This document shows, piece after piece, positions 29,285 through 38,956 of a stretch of 64,000 nucleotides of DNA. This DNA is from Candidatus Nanoarchaeia archaeon (lineage in GTDB: Archaea; Nanobdellota; Nanobdellia; SCGC-AAA011-G17; JAUYJU01): the NCBI GenBank assembly GCA_030700155.1, contig JAUYJU010000027.1:5954-69953 (forward strand). Direction: 5' to 3'. How positions within the stretch are numbered: position 1 is the first letter of the stretch; each line of letters starts with the position of its first letter. The position numbers and the translations under genes were made by a program. Under the pieces are notes generated by a model. That model did no database searches, was not told where the DNA came from, and worked only from the letters and a program-made list of their open reading frames with translations.

Positions 29285-30166
29285 TTATAAATCTATTCTC
29301 CTAAAAACAACAAAACCCTTCATATTATCCTCAATATACTTCTCAGCCTTCTTAATCATTTCTCCTGAGCTTAAGAACAAAACAGGTAATTTCCTTTTTT
29401 GCCCTTCATGATAGGCTAAACTAATATCACCTTCATTTATTTTATTTTTATCCCTTGCAACTACAAAATAATGTAACTCTCCAATTTGAGAAGGAACTTT
29501 AACTACAAAATGAGACTCTTTATTTTTCTTGATAGCTATCTCCTCAATAATCTGCATCTCATTCTTTTTCAGATAATTAGAAATATCTACTAAAAAATTA
29601 TTAGGAGTATCATTTTTAATTTTTGGTTTAGCCTTTCTAACTTTGGGCTTCTCAACCTCTTTCAATTCAATAGTTGAGGTTTCAAGCTTAGGTTCTTCTT
29701 GAACGGTCTGAATTGTTTTTTGTTCTTCTTTTTTATGGAATAGTTCAGACAATTCCTCATTACTTGATGTATGCCATCTCCAGAACAATTCTTTATTACT
29801 ATTCACTTCAGTCTCAAAAGGAACAGCAAAATCTTTAATGCTCCTTAGAGCAACCCTTATAGAAGGTTCTTGGTTTTTATCCATTAAAATTTTATTTTCT
29901 TTCAATAAATTGTAAGCTTCTTTTTCTTTATCAGGTAAACTTGAATACAAAACAGATAATTTAGCTTCCTGTCCTGTTTGATAATAAACAGGACTTCCAC
30001 CAATTTTAGCATAACTTAATTTTAACAGTCTTTTAGAAACCAATTGAGAAAGTAAAGCTCCTGCAAATAATAAATCCTTACCTACAGCTTTAGCCACATC
30101 AATAGGTAAAACTGGACCCCTCATACTAATAACACTCAAAATTTTACTCTCTAACTGATCATCCAT
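29285..30166 (-). CDS. Conserved hypothetical protein (N-terminal winged-helix-like)
   Basis: GPVLP..AK, GGSPVYY, RVALRSIKDFAVP. Confidence 0.65.
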   Translation of the reverse strand: MDDQLESKILSVISMRGPVLPIDVAKAVGKDLLFAGALLSQLVSKRLLKLSYAKIGGSPVYYQTGQEAKLSVLYSSLPDKEKEAYNLLKENKILMDKNQEPSIRVALRSIKDFAVPFETEVNSNKELFWRWHTSSNEELSELFHKKEEQKTIQTVQEEPKLETSTIELKEVEKPKVRKAKPKIKNDTPNNFLVDISNYLKKNEMQIIEEIAIKKNKESHFVVKVPSQIGELHYFVVARDKNKINEGDISLAYHEGQKRKLPVLFLSSGEMIKKAEKYIEDNMKGFVVFRRIDL

Positions 30167-30208
30167 ACAAAAGAAAATATCTATTAAGGTTTAAATGTAT
30201 TATTGTTC

Positions 30209-30733
30209 TTAAGGCTTAGTCCAAGTACATTCATAATAAGTACAATCATTTTCGTCATCTACAATGCCAATTAATAGCTTTTTCTTAGTGCTATGAGCCA
30301 CCCTATTTTTAGCGGCAAACTCATACCAAGTTAAAGCCTCAGCCTCATTAACCGGATAAAGAATCCACTTAGCATGTTCTTCTCCAGGTTTTTTACCCCT
30401 ATCATAAACTCTAAAGTCAGCTCCAAATTTCAAAGCAGTCTTCACAATATAGCCTCTATCTCTCATATCTCTATAAACACAATATCTTGTCCAAAATCTT
30501 TTATCTTTCTTACTAGTCAATTTTACAAAATCATCAAAAGTTATCTTCTTATCTTTAGGATCAAAAATATCCATTTTTCCTTTATCAACTAAGTAAAGAG
30601 CTTCAGCTGCAGAATACTGAAACTTTCCACTGACTAATTCACCATATCTTGAGCTGTCAAATAAAGTTTGAGCTTCCTGACTAGATTCAGCAGTTACAAT
30701 ATCCCTAGATAATTGTGCTTGTATCTTTGTCAT
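30209..30733 (-). CDS. endA: tRNA-splicing endonuclease EndA
   Basis: EALYL, VYRDMRDRGY, KFGADFRVY, H, RVAHSTKKKL (Y/H/K triad). Confidence 0.96.
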   Translation of the reverse strand: MTKIQAQLSRDIVTAESSQEAQTLFDSSRYGELVSGKFQYSAAEALYLVDKGKMDIFDPKDKKITFDDFVKLTSKKDKRFWTRYCVYRDMRDRGYIVKTALKFGADFRVYDRGKKPGEEHAKWILYPVNEAEALTWYEFAAKNRVAHSTKKKLLIGIVDDENDCTYYECTWTKP

Positions 30734-30783
30734 GATTCAATTAAACAGAAAGGTATTTAAAAAGCTTTCCTATAACCTAATTT

Positions 30784-31677
30784 ATGAAAATAACATTTTT
30801 AGGTACTTCGTCATCAATACCTACTAAAGAAAGAAATCATTCAGCATTTTTACTTAGTTATAAAACTGAAAACATTTTATTTGATTGTGGAGAAAATGTT
30901 CAAAGACAATTAACAATAGCTAAAATTTCTCCAGCAAAAATAACTAAAATATTAATCTCACATTGGCATGGGGATCATGTTTTAGGAATTCCAGGACTAT
31001 TAACAACTATAGGTAACATTAGTGCTGATAAAATTGTAGAAATTTACGGTCCAGAAGGAACAAAAAAACAGTTCGAATATGTAAAAAAAGCCTTTTTAAC
31101 AGAAACAATCCCAAAAGTCAAGATTATAGAAATCAAAAAAGTAGGAAAATTCTTTGAAAATCATGATTTTTGTTTAGATGCTCAAAAACTAAAGCATCCA
31201 ATACCCTGTTTAGCCTTTTCTTTTATTGAAAAAGATAAGTTAAGGATAAACAAAGATAAATTAAAGCAATTAAAAATTCCAAAAGGCCCAATAATCAAAG
31301 ACCTTACAGAAGGAAAAAATATTAAACTAAATAATAAAGTTATAAGGTATAAAGAGATTACATATCTACAAAAAGGAAAGAAATTAACTTATTTGTCAAA
31401 TACTGGAGTTTCTCCTTCTTGTATAAAAGCGGCAAAAAATGCAGATGTAATAATATCAGAGGCAACATTTTCAAAAGCAGATGAAAAAAAAGCAATAGAA
31501 TATCAACATTTAACTTCAGAACAGGCTGCACAAATTGCAAAAAAAGCTAAGGCTAAAAAATTAATCCTAACACACTTTAGTCCACGTTATAAGGATACAA
31601 AGGATTTAGAGAAAGAAGCTAAAACAATTTTTAAAAATACTGAATGCGCTTCAGATTTTATTTCTTTTTCTTTTTAG
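30784..31677 (+). CDS. rnz: Ribonuclease Z
   Basis: LGTSSSIPT..RN, SHWHGDH, GP exosite, EATF, THFSPRY. Confidence 0.93.
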   Translation: MKITFLGTSSSIPTKERNHSAFLLSYKTENILFDCGENVQRQLTIAKISPAKITKILISHWHGDHVLGIPGLLTTIGNISADKIVEIYGPEGTKKQFEYVKKAFLTETIPKVKIIEIKKVGKFFENHDFCLDAQKLKHPIPCLAFSFIEKDKLRINKDKLKQLKIPKGPIIKDLTEGKNIKLNNKVIRYKEITYLQKGKKLTYLSNTGVSPSCIKAAKNADVIISEATFSKADEKKAIEYQHLTSEQAAQIAKKAKAKKLILTHFSPRYKDTKDLEKEAKTIFKNTECASDFISFSF

Positions 31678-32446
31678 TTCTAAAATGATAAGCACTAAAT
31701 AAAAATATATCTGCCCAGATTCCAACTATAATATTAACTAGAAAAGAAACTGCTTGGAAAACAAACACATTTATGGTCGCGATGAATCCATTCAAAAAAG
31801 TAGCTAAAAAAGAAACTAAAACAAGTGCCAAAGCACAAAGAATAACATATCTAGGTTCTCTTTTAAAGAAATAATAAGATTCTCTCAAAGCTTCTCTAGG
31901 TTTTTTATTTTCCAATATCAAAATAGGATACCTAAAGAAAAATCCAAAGGAAATCAATAAATAAAGTCCGCTGGCAGTTATCAAAAACGCAGGCAGGCTA
32001 ACATTAGCAACACCCAAAGCACTTAACAGCATAGAAGGTATAAGAGAGAGTATTGCAGCTATCGCATATACAACCCCCATCCATAGCCTAAGAATCAATA
32101 CAGGCTTGAAAAAAGCTTTTAGATGCGCTTTACAAGTGCTCAATAAACATTTATTTTTATTTAGTATATCTGAGATTAAACCATAAATTACAGCTGAAAA
32201 ACATACTCCCAAAATAAACAAAAATAATCCATACAATCCAAGGTAAATTAAAGAATTAGTAGCTTGTGCAGGAACTAAAAGCGGATCTACAACTTCACTT
32301 TCAAAAAAAGCTTCAAAAATTTTAAAATGTTTCTGTAACAAAAAACCTATGTAAACCGTAATAGCTAGATAAATAAATTTAGGAACAAGAATTTTAGGGT
32401 GTTTTTTTAAATAACGCCAAGCTTCAACAAATGGCTTTCCAATCAC
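31658..32446 (-). CDS. Multi-pass membrane protein
   Basis: About six hydrophobic segments. Confidence 0.7.
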   Translation of the reverse strand: MIGKPFVEAWRYLKKHPKILVPKFIYLAITVYIGFLLQKHFKIFEAFFESEVVDPLLVPAQATNSLIYLGLYGLFLFILGVCFSAVIYGLISDILNKNKCLLSTCKAHLKAFFKPVLILRLWMGVVYAIAAILSLIPSMLLSALGVANVSLPAFLITASGLYLLISFGFFFRYPILILENKKPREALRESYYFFKREPRYVILCALALVLVSFLATFLNGFIATINVFVFQAVSFLVNIIVGIWADIFLFSAYHFRTKKKKK

Positions 32447-33360
32447 TTCTCTTTCACCTTTTTCTTAATCTTCTCTTTCAATTTAAGTTTCTTTAATAGT
32501 TCCTTATATCTATTTCTAATTGTAACCTCAGTTACTCCAGCAATATCTGCAACTTCTCTTTGAGTTCTCTTCTCATTATTAATCAAAGCAGCAACATACA
32601 ACGCAGCAGCAGCAATTCCGGTTGGACCTCTACCTGAAGTTAATTCAGAATTTTCAGCTTGTTCTAAAATTTCTACAGCTTTACTTTGAGTTTCAGCACT
32701 TAATTTCAAAGCGCTAGCAAATCTAGGTATATAATCAACAGGATTTGAAGGTAAGATTCTTATTCCTAATTCTCTTGTTACAAATCTATAAGTTCTTCCA
32801 ATTTCTTTTTTATCTATACCTGAAGCTTCACTTAATTCATCCAAAGTTCTTGGAACTTCATGTCTTCTGCATGCAGCATATAATGCTCCAGCAACAACAG
32901 ATTCCATACTTCTTCCTCTAACTAAACCTCTCTGAACAGCTAGAGTATAAATTCTAGCAGCTTCTTCCTCAACAGATCTTGGTAATTTCAAAAATGAAGC
33001 AACCCTCTTCAATTCAGCTAGGGCTAATTTTAAATTTCTCTCAATAGCAGTACTTATTCTATACTGCCACTTTCTTAATCTAAAGAATTTGTTCTTTCCT
33101 TTCCCCTTTAACTGGAAAATATCTCCTTTTTGACCTACATCAGTACCTAAACCACGATCATATTTAGTATAAGATAATGGGGCTCCTACTCTCTTTTGTT
33201 TAGAAGCTTGATCAGAATCAAATTCACGCCACTCTTGACTGAAGTCAATCATCCTTTCTTCGATGACTAAACCGCAATCCCTACAAATGACTTCTCCTTT
33301 ATCTTTATCCAAACGTAAATTTATACTTCCACAGTCTGGACATTTCTTAATATAAGCCAA
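32443..33360 (-). CDS. tfb: Transcription initiation factor TFB
   Basis: CPDC..CRDCG zinc ribbon, EWREF, GRS, RTLDE, VTEVTIRNRYKEL; TTG start. Confidence 0.98.
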   Translation of the reverse strand: MAYIKKCPDCGSINLRLDKDKGEVICRDCGLVIEERMIDFSQEWREFDSDQASKQKRVGAPLSYTKYDRGLGTDVGQKGDIFQLKGKGKNKFFRLRKWQYRISTAIERNLKLALAELKRVASFLKLPRSVEEEAARIYTLAVQRGLVRGRSMESVVAGALYAACRRHEVPRTLDELSEASGIDKKEIGRTYRFVTRELGIRILPSNPVDYIPRFASALKLSAETQSKAVEILEQAENSELTSGRGPTGIAAAALYVAALINNEKRTQREVADIAGVTEVTIRNRYKELLKKLKLKEKIKKKVKEK

Positions 33361-33439
33361 AACTATTTGCCCCCTGAACTATTGTTTTAAACAATAATAA
33401 TCTTTATATACTCTAAAAAGAAGTAGTATTTAAAGCTTT

Positions 33440-33703
33440 CTATTCAGTTCTACCAGAAGCCGTCTCTTGCTCTTTTTTAAGCCTTCCAAGAACATACGCA
33501 GCCAATTCCTTCATGTACAAGGCATTATGAGGAATAGTCTGAACATCCCAACCTTTAAACTTTACAAAGTCAACCCACAAAGCATCAGCTTCAGTTTTAT
33601 CGCCTTCTGTTAGAATCCAGCCACTATTGCAGTCATAGCAAATACCTATGCCACCTTTATACTTATCAACAATTTCATTACCACAAACTCTACAATCAGT
33701 CAT
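33440..33703 (-). CDS. Small zinc-finger hypothetical protein
   Basis: CRVC...CYDC. Confidence 0.55.
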   Translation of the reverse strand: MTDCRVCGNEIVDKYKGGIGICYDCNSGWILTEGDKTEADALWVDFVKFKGWDVQTIPHNALYMKELAAYVLGRLKKEQETASGRTE

Positions 33704-33704
33704 T

Positions 33705-34085
33705 TTATTTGATTAAAACAGCGTTAATAGAACCTTCTTGACCTGGTCTAGAAGTAACTCTAGCATCACCCTTAGGAGTTTTAATTACAGCTCCTTTAGT
33801 CATTATATTACGTCTTATAAAATTTCTATTAGCAGGGTTATCTACCACACCTTCAATATCTATTTTAAAATGTTTCTTAGATTTAGGATCATAAATATTA
33901 ACAATATTACAAGTCAATAATCTATTCTTATTACTTCCACCACTAATTCTAATTGTTCTTTTTTTGGTAACGTCTACTTTAGTATGTGTAGGGATACTGC
34001 CTAAATATCTTTGTTTCTTTTTCTTTACAGAAACATATCTTCCACCAGAAGCTTTTCTCCTTGATCTTAATTGGTGTATTGCCAT
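33705..34085 (-). CDS. rps8e: 30S ribosomal protein eS8
   Basis: SGGR, NPAN..RRNIMTKG, TSRPGQEG. Confidence 0.96.
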   Translation of the reverse strand: MAIHQLRSRRKASGGRYVSVKKKKQRYLGSIPTHTKVDVTKKRTIRISGGSNKNRLLTCNIVNIYDPKSKKHFKIDIEGVVDNPANRNFIRRNIMTKGAVIKTPKGDARVTSRPGQEGSINAVLIK

Positions 34086-34196
34086 TAACTTTCCTAGGAA
34101 ATAAACCCTTTATATAACTTACTCTTCAGGACCAAGCCAAAAGCTTTAAATACTCAGTTTAAGGCTTATAGACCATGTTCAATGGGGGTTTTTATT

Positions 34197-34421
34197 ATGG
34201 AATCTGAGAGACCTTTAGACGCATTAAATCAAGCTCGTGGAAAGCGCGTTCTTGTTGAATTAAAGAACGGAAAGCAATTCATAGGCAATCTAAAAGCGTT
34301 TGATATCCACATTAATACTGTTCTAGAAGAAGCTGAAGAGCATGAAAATGGTCAGCTAAAAAGAAAGATTGGAACAGCATTCTTACGTGGAGATACAATT
34401 ATACTAATATCACCGCAGTAA
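34197..34421 (+). CDS. Sm-like (Lsm/SmAP) protein
   Basis: RPLDAL, FDIHIN, LRGDTI; upstream of L37e as usual. Confidence 0.93.
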   Translation: MESERPLDALNQARGKRVLVELKNGKQFIGNLKAFDIHINTVLEEAEEHENGQLKRKIGTAFLRGDTIILISPQ

Positions 34422-34430
34422 TTCTAAAAA

Positions 34431-34616
34431 ATGACAAAAGGAACATCAGCACACGGTAAGAAATCTAAAGGAAAAAATTTCATTAGATGCAGACGTTGTG
34501 GTAAGCCTGCTTATCATATCAGGAAGAAAAAATGTTCCTCTTGTGGATTTGGAAAAACTCCTAGGATGAGAAAGTATAATACAAATAAGAAGAAAAAATC
34601 CAATAAAAGAATTTAG
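34431..34616 (+). CDS. rpl37e: 50S ribosomal protein eL37
   Basis: MTKGT, CRRCG, CSSCGFG. Confidence 0.96.
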   Translation: MTKGTSAHGKKSKGKNFIRCRRCGKPAYHIRKKKCSSCGFGKTPRMRKYNTNKKKKSNKRI

Positions 34617-34662
34617 TTCTTTAGTAATCTTTATAAATCTAATAAAAGTTAGTTTGACTTAC

Positions 34663-34746
34663 GCAGGGGTGCCGGAGTGGTCAAACGGGCTGGGCTTAGG
34701 ACCCAGTAGCTTAGTGCTTACGCAGGTTCGAACCCTGTCCCCCGCA
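34663..34746 (+). tRNA. tRNA-Leu(TAG), integration site
   Basis: CTGGG-CTTAGGA-CCCAG anticodon arm, long variable arm, GGTTCGAAC; A3:C70 mismatch in acceptor stem. Confidence 0.95.
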
Positions 34747-34750
34747 TATT
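34736..34750 (+). repeat. attL (tRNA 3' end)
   Basis: 14/15 identical to 44351-44365. Confidence 0.85.
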
Positions 34751-34808
34751 TTACTTTTTCTTATGCGTGCACTAAACAATATAAACCATGTTTGGTTGGG
34801 AGCATATT

Positions 34809-36059
34809 ATGGCAGAGGACGATATATACAAGAGCAAGGCACGCTATGAGAAGATAATTAAAAATCTTAGCTTATTAGCAGTAAAACCAGAAAACGGCTC
34901 TAGAAGAAAATATTATTGCAAGAACATTAATAATTTAGAATGTTTTAAACAAATGTGCAAGATATTTGAAGTTAAAGATACTTCATACATAAGAAGAATC
35001 AGATTATTTAAGAGCTTAATATTTATCGTAGATTCTACAGAAAAAGACCTTAAAAAATGTGAAAGAGAAGATGTCAACGAAATTGTAGCTCGAGGTCATA
35101 AGACATATAACACTCCAAAAACCAAAGAAGATATAATTAGGGATCTTAAGTACATGTGGAAATGTCTATTTCCAGAAAAAGATGAAAAAGGCAGAGTCGA
35201 TGAAACAATTGTGCCTTATACAGTCAGACATTTATCACCTAAGGTTGATAAGAGCAAACAAAAAAGACGCAAGGATAGATTAAATATTGAGCAGTTGGAG
35301 AAGTTGATGAACTTCTTTAGCAGAAGCCCAATGATGCAGTTTTATATTGCTTTAATTATTGAAAGTCTAGGAAGACCTCAAGAGTTAAGCTATCTTCGTA
35401 TTAGTGATTTAGAAATCCACGACAATACTTATGCTAAAATTTATGTTTCTGAACATGGAAAAGAAGGCACTAAGTTTTTACAATGTATTGATAGCTACCC
35501 TTACTTATTAAAATGGTTTACAGTACATCCATTTAAGGATAATAAAAATGCTTTTTTGTTTATTGCTAGTGGAAGAGAAGATAATCAATTTACTCCTGTA
35601 AATGCAACAAAGCAACTGCAGAAAGCTTGTGAGAGATTGAACTTGCCAAGAGTTACTGCTTACTCTCTTAAGAGAAATGGGGTAACATTTGCTAGATTAA
35701 GAGGAGAAAGTGATGTAGAGATACAGCATAAAGCAGGCTGGACTTCTACAAAGCAGATTAATACTTATGACCAAAGTAATGCAGAAGATGTGCTAAAAAA
35801 TCAATTAGCCAAGCGTGGGTTGATAAAAGATAAAAACTATGATATGTTTACTCCTAAGCAGAAAACTTGTTTATGTGGTGAAAATCTTGGCTTTGCTGAA
35901 AGAATATGCCCTAAATGCAAGAGACTTATTCATCAAGAAGATATTAAAAAACAGATGAATGCTGATAACTTAACAACCCAAGTGTTAAAGAAGATAGGTG
36001 AGCAGAATAAAGAATTAATATTAAAAGCTATGGCTGAATTGGGGGTGAGAAATGTTTGA
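34809..36059 (+). CDS. Tyrosine recombinase/integrase with C-terminal zinc ribbon
   Basis: ESLGRPQE (Arg), GKEG (Lys), YSLKR, HKAGW, TY; C-terminal CLCG...CPKC. Confidence 0.9.
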   Translation: MAEDDIYKSKARYEKIIKNLSLLAVKPENGSRRKYYCKNINNLECFKQMCKIFEVKDTSYIRRIRLFKSLIFIVDSTEKDLKKCEREDVNEIVARGHKTYNTPKTKEDIIRDLKYMWKCLFPEKDEKGRVDETIVPYTVRHLSPKVDKSKQKRRKDRLNIEQLEKLMNFFSRSPMMQFYIALIIESLGRPQELSYLRISDLEIHDNTYAKIYVSEHGKEGTKFLQCIDSYPYLLKWFTVHPFKDNKNAFLFIASGREDNQFTPVNATKQLQKACERLNLPRVTAYSLKRNGVTFARLRGESDVEIQHKAGWTSTKQINTYDQSNAEDVLKNQLAKRGLIKDKNYDMFTPKQKTCLCGENLGFAERICPKCKRLIHQEDIKKQMNADNLTTQVLKKIGEQNKELILKAMAELGVRNV

Positions 36060-36075
36060 TTTTATTCTTTCCTAT

Positions 36076-36342
36076 CTAAATGCTCAACCCCTTCTGCACC
36101 ACATATCTCAAAGCAGAGCTTATAGAAACTTTATAAGAAACAGCTCTATTTTCTAATTGTTTCCATAGTTCGTCTTTACAGAAGACAACCCTTCTTTTTT
36201 GAATAGAATTAGGCATAATGTCCTCTTCAGCTAACTTGAAGGTTTTAAGATTGTTATCTTTCTTTGATTCTTCTAATAATCTTCTAAAGAACTGAATAGA
36301 TTGAGGCTCAAATACATGTTCCTTATTTTCTTTTGTTTCCAT
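36076..36342 (-). CDS. Small protein with RHH-like C-terminus
   Basis: RRVVF...LWKQLE..A....SISSALRYVV. Confidence 0.5.
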   Translation of the reverse strand: METKENKEHVFEPQSIQFFRRLLEESKKDNNLKTFKLAEEDIMPNSIQKRRVVFCKDELWKQLENRAVSYKVSISSALRYVVQKGLSI

Positions 36343-36545
36343 GTTGTTCTATCTCGATTTACCCATTTTAAACCCTGACTTTAATATTAATATATTATTA
36401 ATTTATTAACGTTAACAAATGTCCTCTATGTCCAGTATGCCACTTAGGTTACAAGGATATAGGTCAAGCTTTATATAATTTAGGCGACGTGCACGTGCAC
36501 CTAAGCTTAAAAATACAATAAACTAGATTCTTTTCATGTTTTAAA

Positions 36546-37352
36546 ATGTCAAACAACGACACATTTCCAGCCATAGTATTTTGTTTTGTTATTCTGATTA
36601 CCTTTAATGAATTTCTAAATCCAATTTTACAGGATTTTCTTGCTGTGGACTGGAAGCGAATAGGCATTATCTTTGGTGCTGTTGTTGGAATTTTGATTTT
36701 AGCCTTTTTTACAATAAGAAATATTATTTTGAAGAAAAAAGTAAAAGAAGGCTATATTCCTTACAGTAATCCAGAACCAGAAGAGAATGAAGAACGTCTG
36801 ATTGAAGAGGTTGAAGAACCTGAAGAGCGAGTTATTGAGCAACCTGTTCATAGGGTAGTTAATATTCGAGTAGATGAAACTAAAGGCTTCTTTAAGAAAT
36901 CTGAAATAACTGATGATGAAGTTACATACCTAAAGAATAAAGGATATATAGAAAGCACTCATATGAGCATAGTTACTAAATCTATGGAAAGATATTTGCT
37001 AAAACCAGCTTCTAACGAAAGCCCTAGTCACTTTTTCTTAATACAAGACATTTGTAATTATATTAAGAAATTCACAGACAAAGTCTGGACGTATAATACT
37101 GTTAAGCCTGATATTGTTTTCATTGATAAACGTGGAAGAAAGGTTGCTATTGAAGTTGAAACAGGAAAAGTATTGAAATATAAACCAGAAAGATTACCTC
37201 AAAAAGTTAAACACATGACTGAGAATTATGATGACTGGTTTTTTGTGGTTACAGATGGCAATTTGGTAAGAGAATACAAGAATTATGGTAAAACCTATGA
37301 AAAAAGAAGTATAACTAAAATTCTAAGCAATCTTGTAAGTGGCACAAATTGA
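36546..37352 (+). CDS. Membrane-anchored protein with PD-(D/E)xK-like C-terminal domain
   Basis: Two N-terminal TM helices; PDIVF...VAIEVET. Confidence 0.6.
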   Translation: MSNNDTFPAIVFCFVILITFNEFLNPILQDFLAVDWKRIGIIFGAVVGILILAFFTIRNIILKKKVKEGYIPYSNPEPEENEERLIEEVEEPEERVIEQPVHRVVNIRVDETKGFFKKSEITDDEVTYLKNKGYIESTHMSIVTKSMERYLLKPASNESPSHFFLIQDICNYIKKFTDKVWTYNTVKPDIVFIDKRGRKVAIEVETGKVLKYKPERLPQKVKHMTENYDDWFFVVTDGNLVREYKNYGKTYEKRSITKILSNLVSGTN

Positions 37353-37501
37353 GCTAGAAGCCATACTTACAAGGAATTCTGGCACTACAGCGCTTTTAGT
37401 CAGTAGACATAATAAGGCTATCAGCCAAGTCATTGTGGAAAACGTCTAGTGATAAGGAATTTTGATGTTTTAACTGTTTTAAGAGGCTGGTTAAACTAAG
37501 T

Positions 37502-38581
37502 TTATGTAGTTTTTAATGGTCGGTGTAAGTTAACAATTCTAGCAATAACCTCTTTTCGCAGCCGATATGTATTCGCCCATATAGCGTAACCAAACCAACC
37601 TTGCAGACCTTCTAAAATATTATCTTTAACTAGGACTCCTTCTTTCAAGAGTATTAACTTCTCATTAAAATCTCTTTCGAACCTTCTTTTATTATTTTTT
37701 CTCAACAACCTATAATAATAAAAGTTTTTATAGCCCAAGAATGTTACACCGTTCTTTAAAGGGATTATCTTAGATTTATCTGAATGTAGTTTCAGTTTTA
37801 AACTATTCATGAGATAATAATCTATTTTTTGCTTGTAGCTTTCAAGAACATCTTTCTGTTGGTGCATTATTACAAAATCATCAACATATCTTATATAATA
37901 TCTTGCTCTGATTTCCTGCTTAACAAAGTAATCCAATTCATTAAGATAAATATTAGCAAAGAATTGAGAAGTTAAATTTCCAAGAGGCATCCCTTTGCCA
38001 GCTATCTTTATATCAAAATTGTTTAATATCTGCTTAATTAACCATATAACTCTCTCATCTTTTATTCTTCTCTCTAAAACGTTTAATAAAACCTCATGAT
38101 CTACAGTTTCAAAATAATGTCTTATATCTGCCTTTAAGATATATCCTTTAACTGAATTGTTATCCTTAGCGTTTTTAACCAGCCTGCCGTTATTTGAAAC
38201 TTTTCTTTTGAATTTATCAAATCTTAAAATTGCATTGTGAGTTCCTTTGTTAATTCTGCTCGCATAAGAATCATGAATAAATCTCTTTTCAAATATTGGG
38301 CTAATAATATTAACTAAAGCATGATAGACAACTCGGTCTCTGAATGAAGATGCATGAATTGTTCTTGTTTTTGGGTCTCTGACAATAAACCTCTTTAATT
38401 GCTGCGGTTTATACGTTTGATATTCTAACTCTTGTTTTAATTTATTTAACTCGTTTAATAGATTAGCTTCAAATTCTTTGACATATGGTCTCTTTGATTT
38501 TCTCTTTTTAGCCTTTTTGAAAGCCAATTCTAAATTTTTAAAAGAGTATAGCTCGCCGTATAAGTTATTGTAAGTTTTCAT
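37502..38581 (-). CDS. DGR reverse transcriptase
   Basis: GMPLGNLTSQFFAN (DGR-type SQ motif), YIRYVDD, DIRHYF; likely start MKTYNNLY just downstream of the TR. Confidence 0.95.
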   Translation of the reverse strand: MKTYNNLYGELYSFKNLELAFKKAKKRKSKRPYVKEFEANLLNELNKLKQELEYQTYKPQQLKRFIVRDPKTRTIHASSFRDRVVYHALVNIISPIFEKRFIHDSYASRINKGTHNAILRFDKFKRKVSNNGRLVKNAKDNNSVKGYILKADIRHYFETVDHEVLLNVLERRIKDERVIWLIKQILNNFDIKIAGKGMPLGNLTSQFFANIYLNELDYFVKQEIRARYYIRYVDDFVIMHQQKDVLESYKQKIDYYLMNSLKLKLHSDKSKIIPLKNGVTFLGYKNFYYYRLLRKNNKRRFERDFNEKLILLKEGVLVKDNILEGLQGWFGYAIWANTYRLRKEVIARIVNLHRPLKTT

Positions 38582-38609
38582 TTTGTGATGTCCTATAACT
38601 TGGGTTATT

Positions 38610-38711
38610 CCGAGCTCCGGATTCTCGTCTTTTTTAGATTTCGAATTCTGCGGATTCCTGTTGCAATTGAGGTTAGCCCTATCGGAATTCGCATTGAACC
38701 TCGCGACAGCT
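38610..38711 (-). repeat. DGR template repeat (TR)
   Basis: AAY-rich; differs from both VRs only at adenines, apart from indels. Confidence 0.95.
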
Positions 38712-38956
38712 TTTAGCAGGTTCATCAAGTTTCACCATAACTTCAGGTTTCACTCCAGCTTCCCCAAGACCATCATTGCTACTAACTGTTGTTATTGTAT
38801 TTTATGGCGTTTAGACTTAAATCGTCCACGCACTATGAACCTGCGTGTAGCCCAAGTCGTCGTTTTTCATTGATTTTCCTTTTGGTTATTAAGGAAAACT
38901 CCATACGACATCTAGGACGAAATAAAAAAGATTGATTAGATTAATAAATTTACTGT

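Noticed and set aside
34654-34857. 67-aa ORF
   Set aside because: It overlaps tRNA-Leu and attL; spurious.
37502-38581. Group II intron or retron interpretation of the RT
   Set aside because: The SQ motif, YVDD, lack of a maturase domain and the adjacent A-specific TR/VR pairs indicate a DGR.
38582-38728. N-terminal 49 aa of the 408-aa RT ORF
   Set aside because: This is the TR read in frame (NANSDRANLNCNRN); RT more plausibly starts at ATG 38581.
38817-38870. Possible avd remnant (MKNDDLGYTQVHSAWTI)
   Set aside because: Only 17 codons, with no recognisable Avd helical-bundle motif in any frame.
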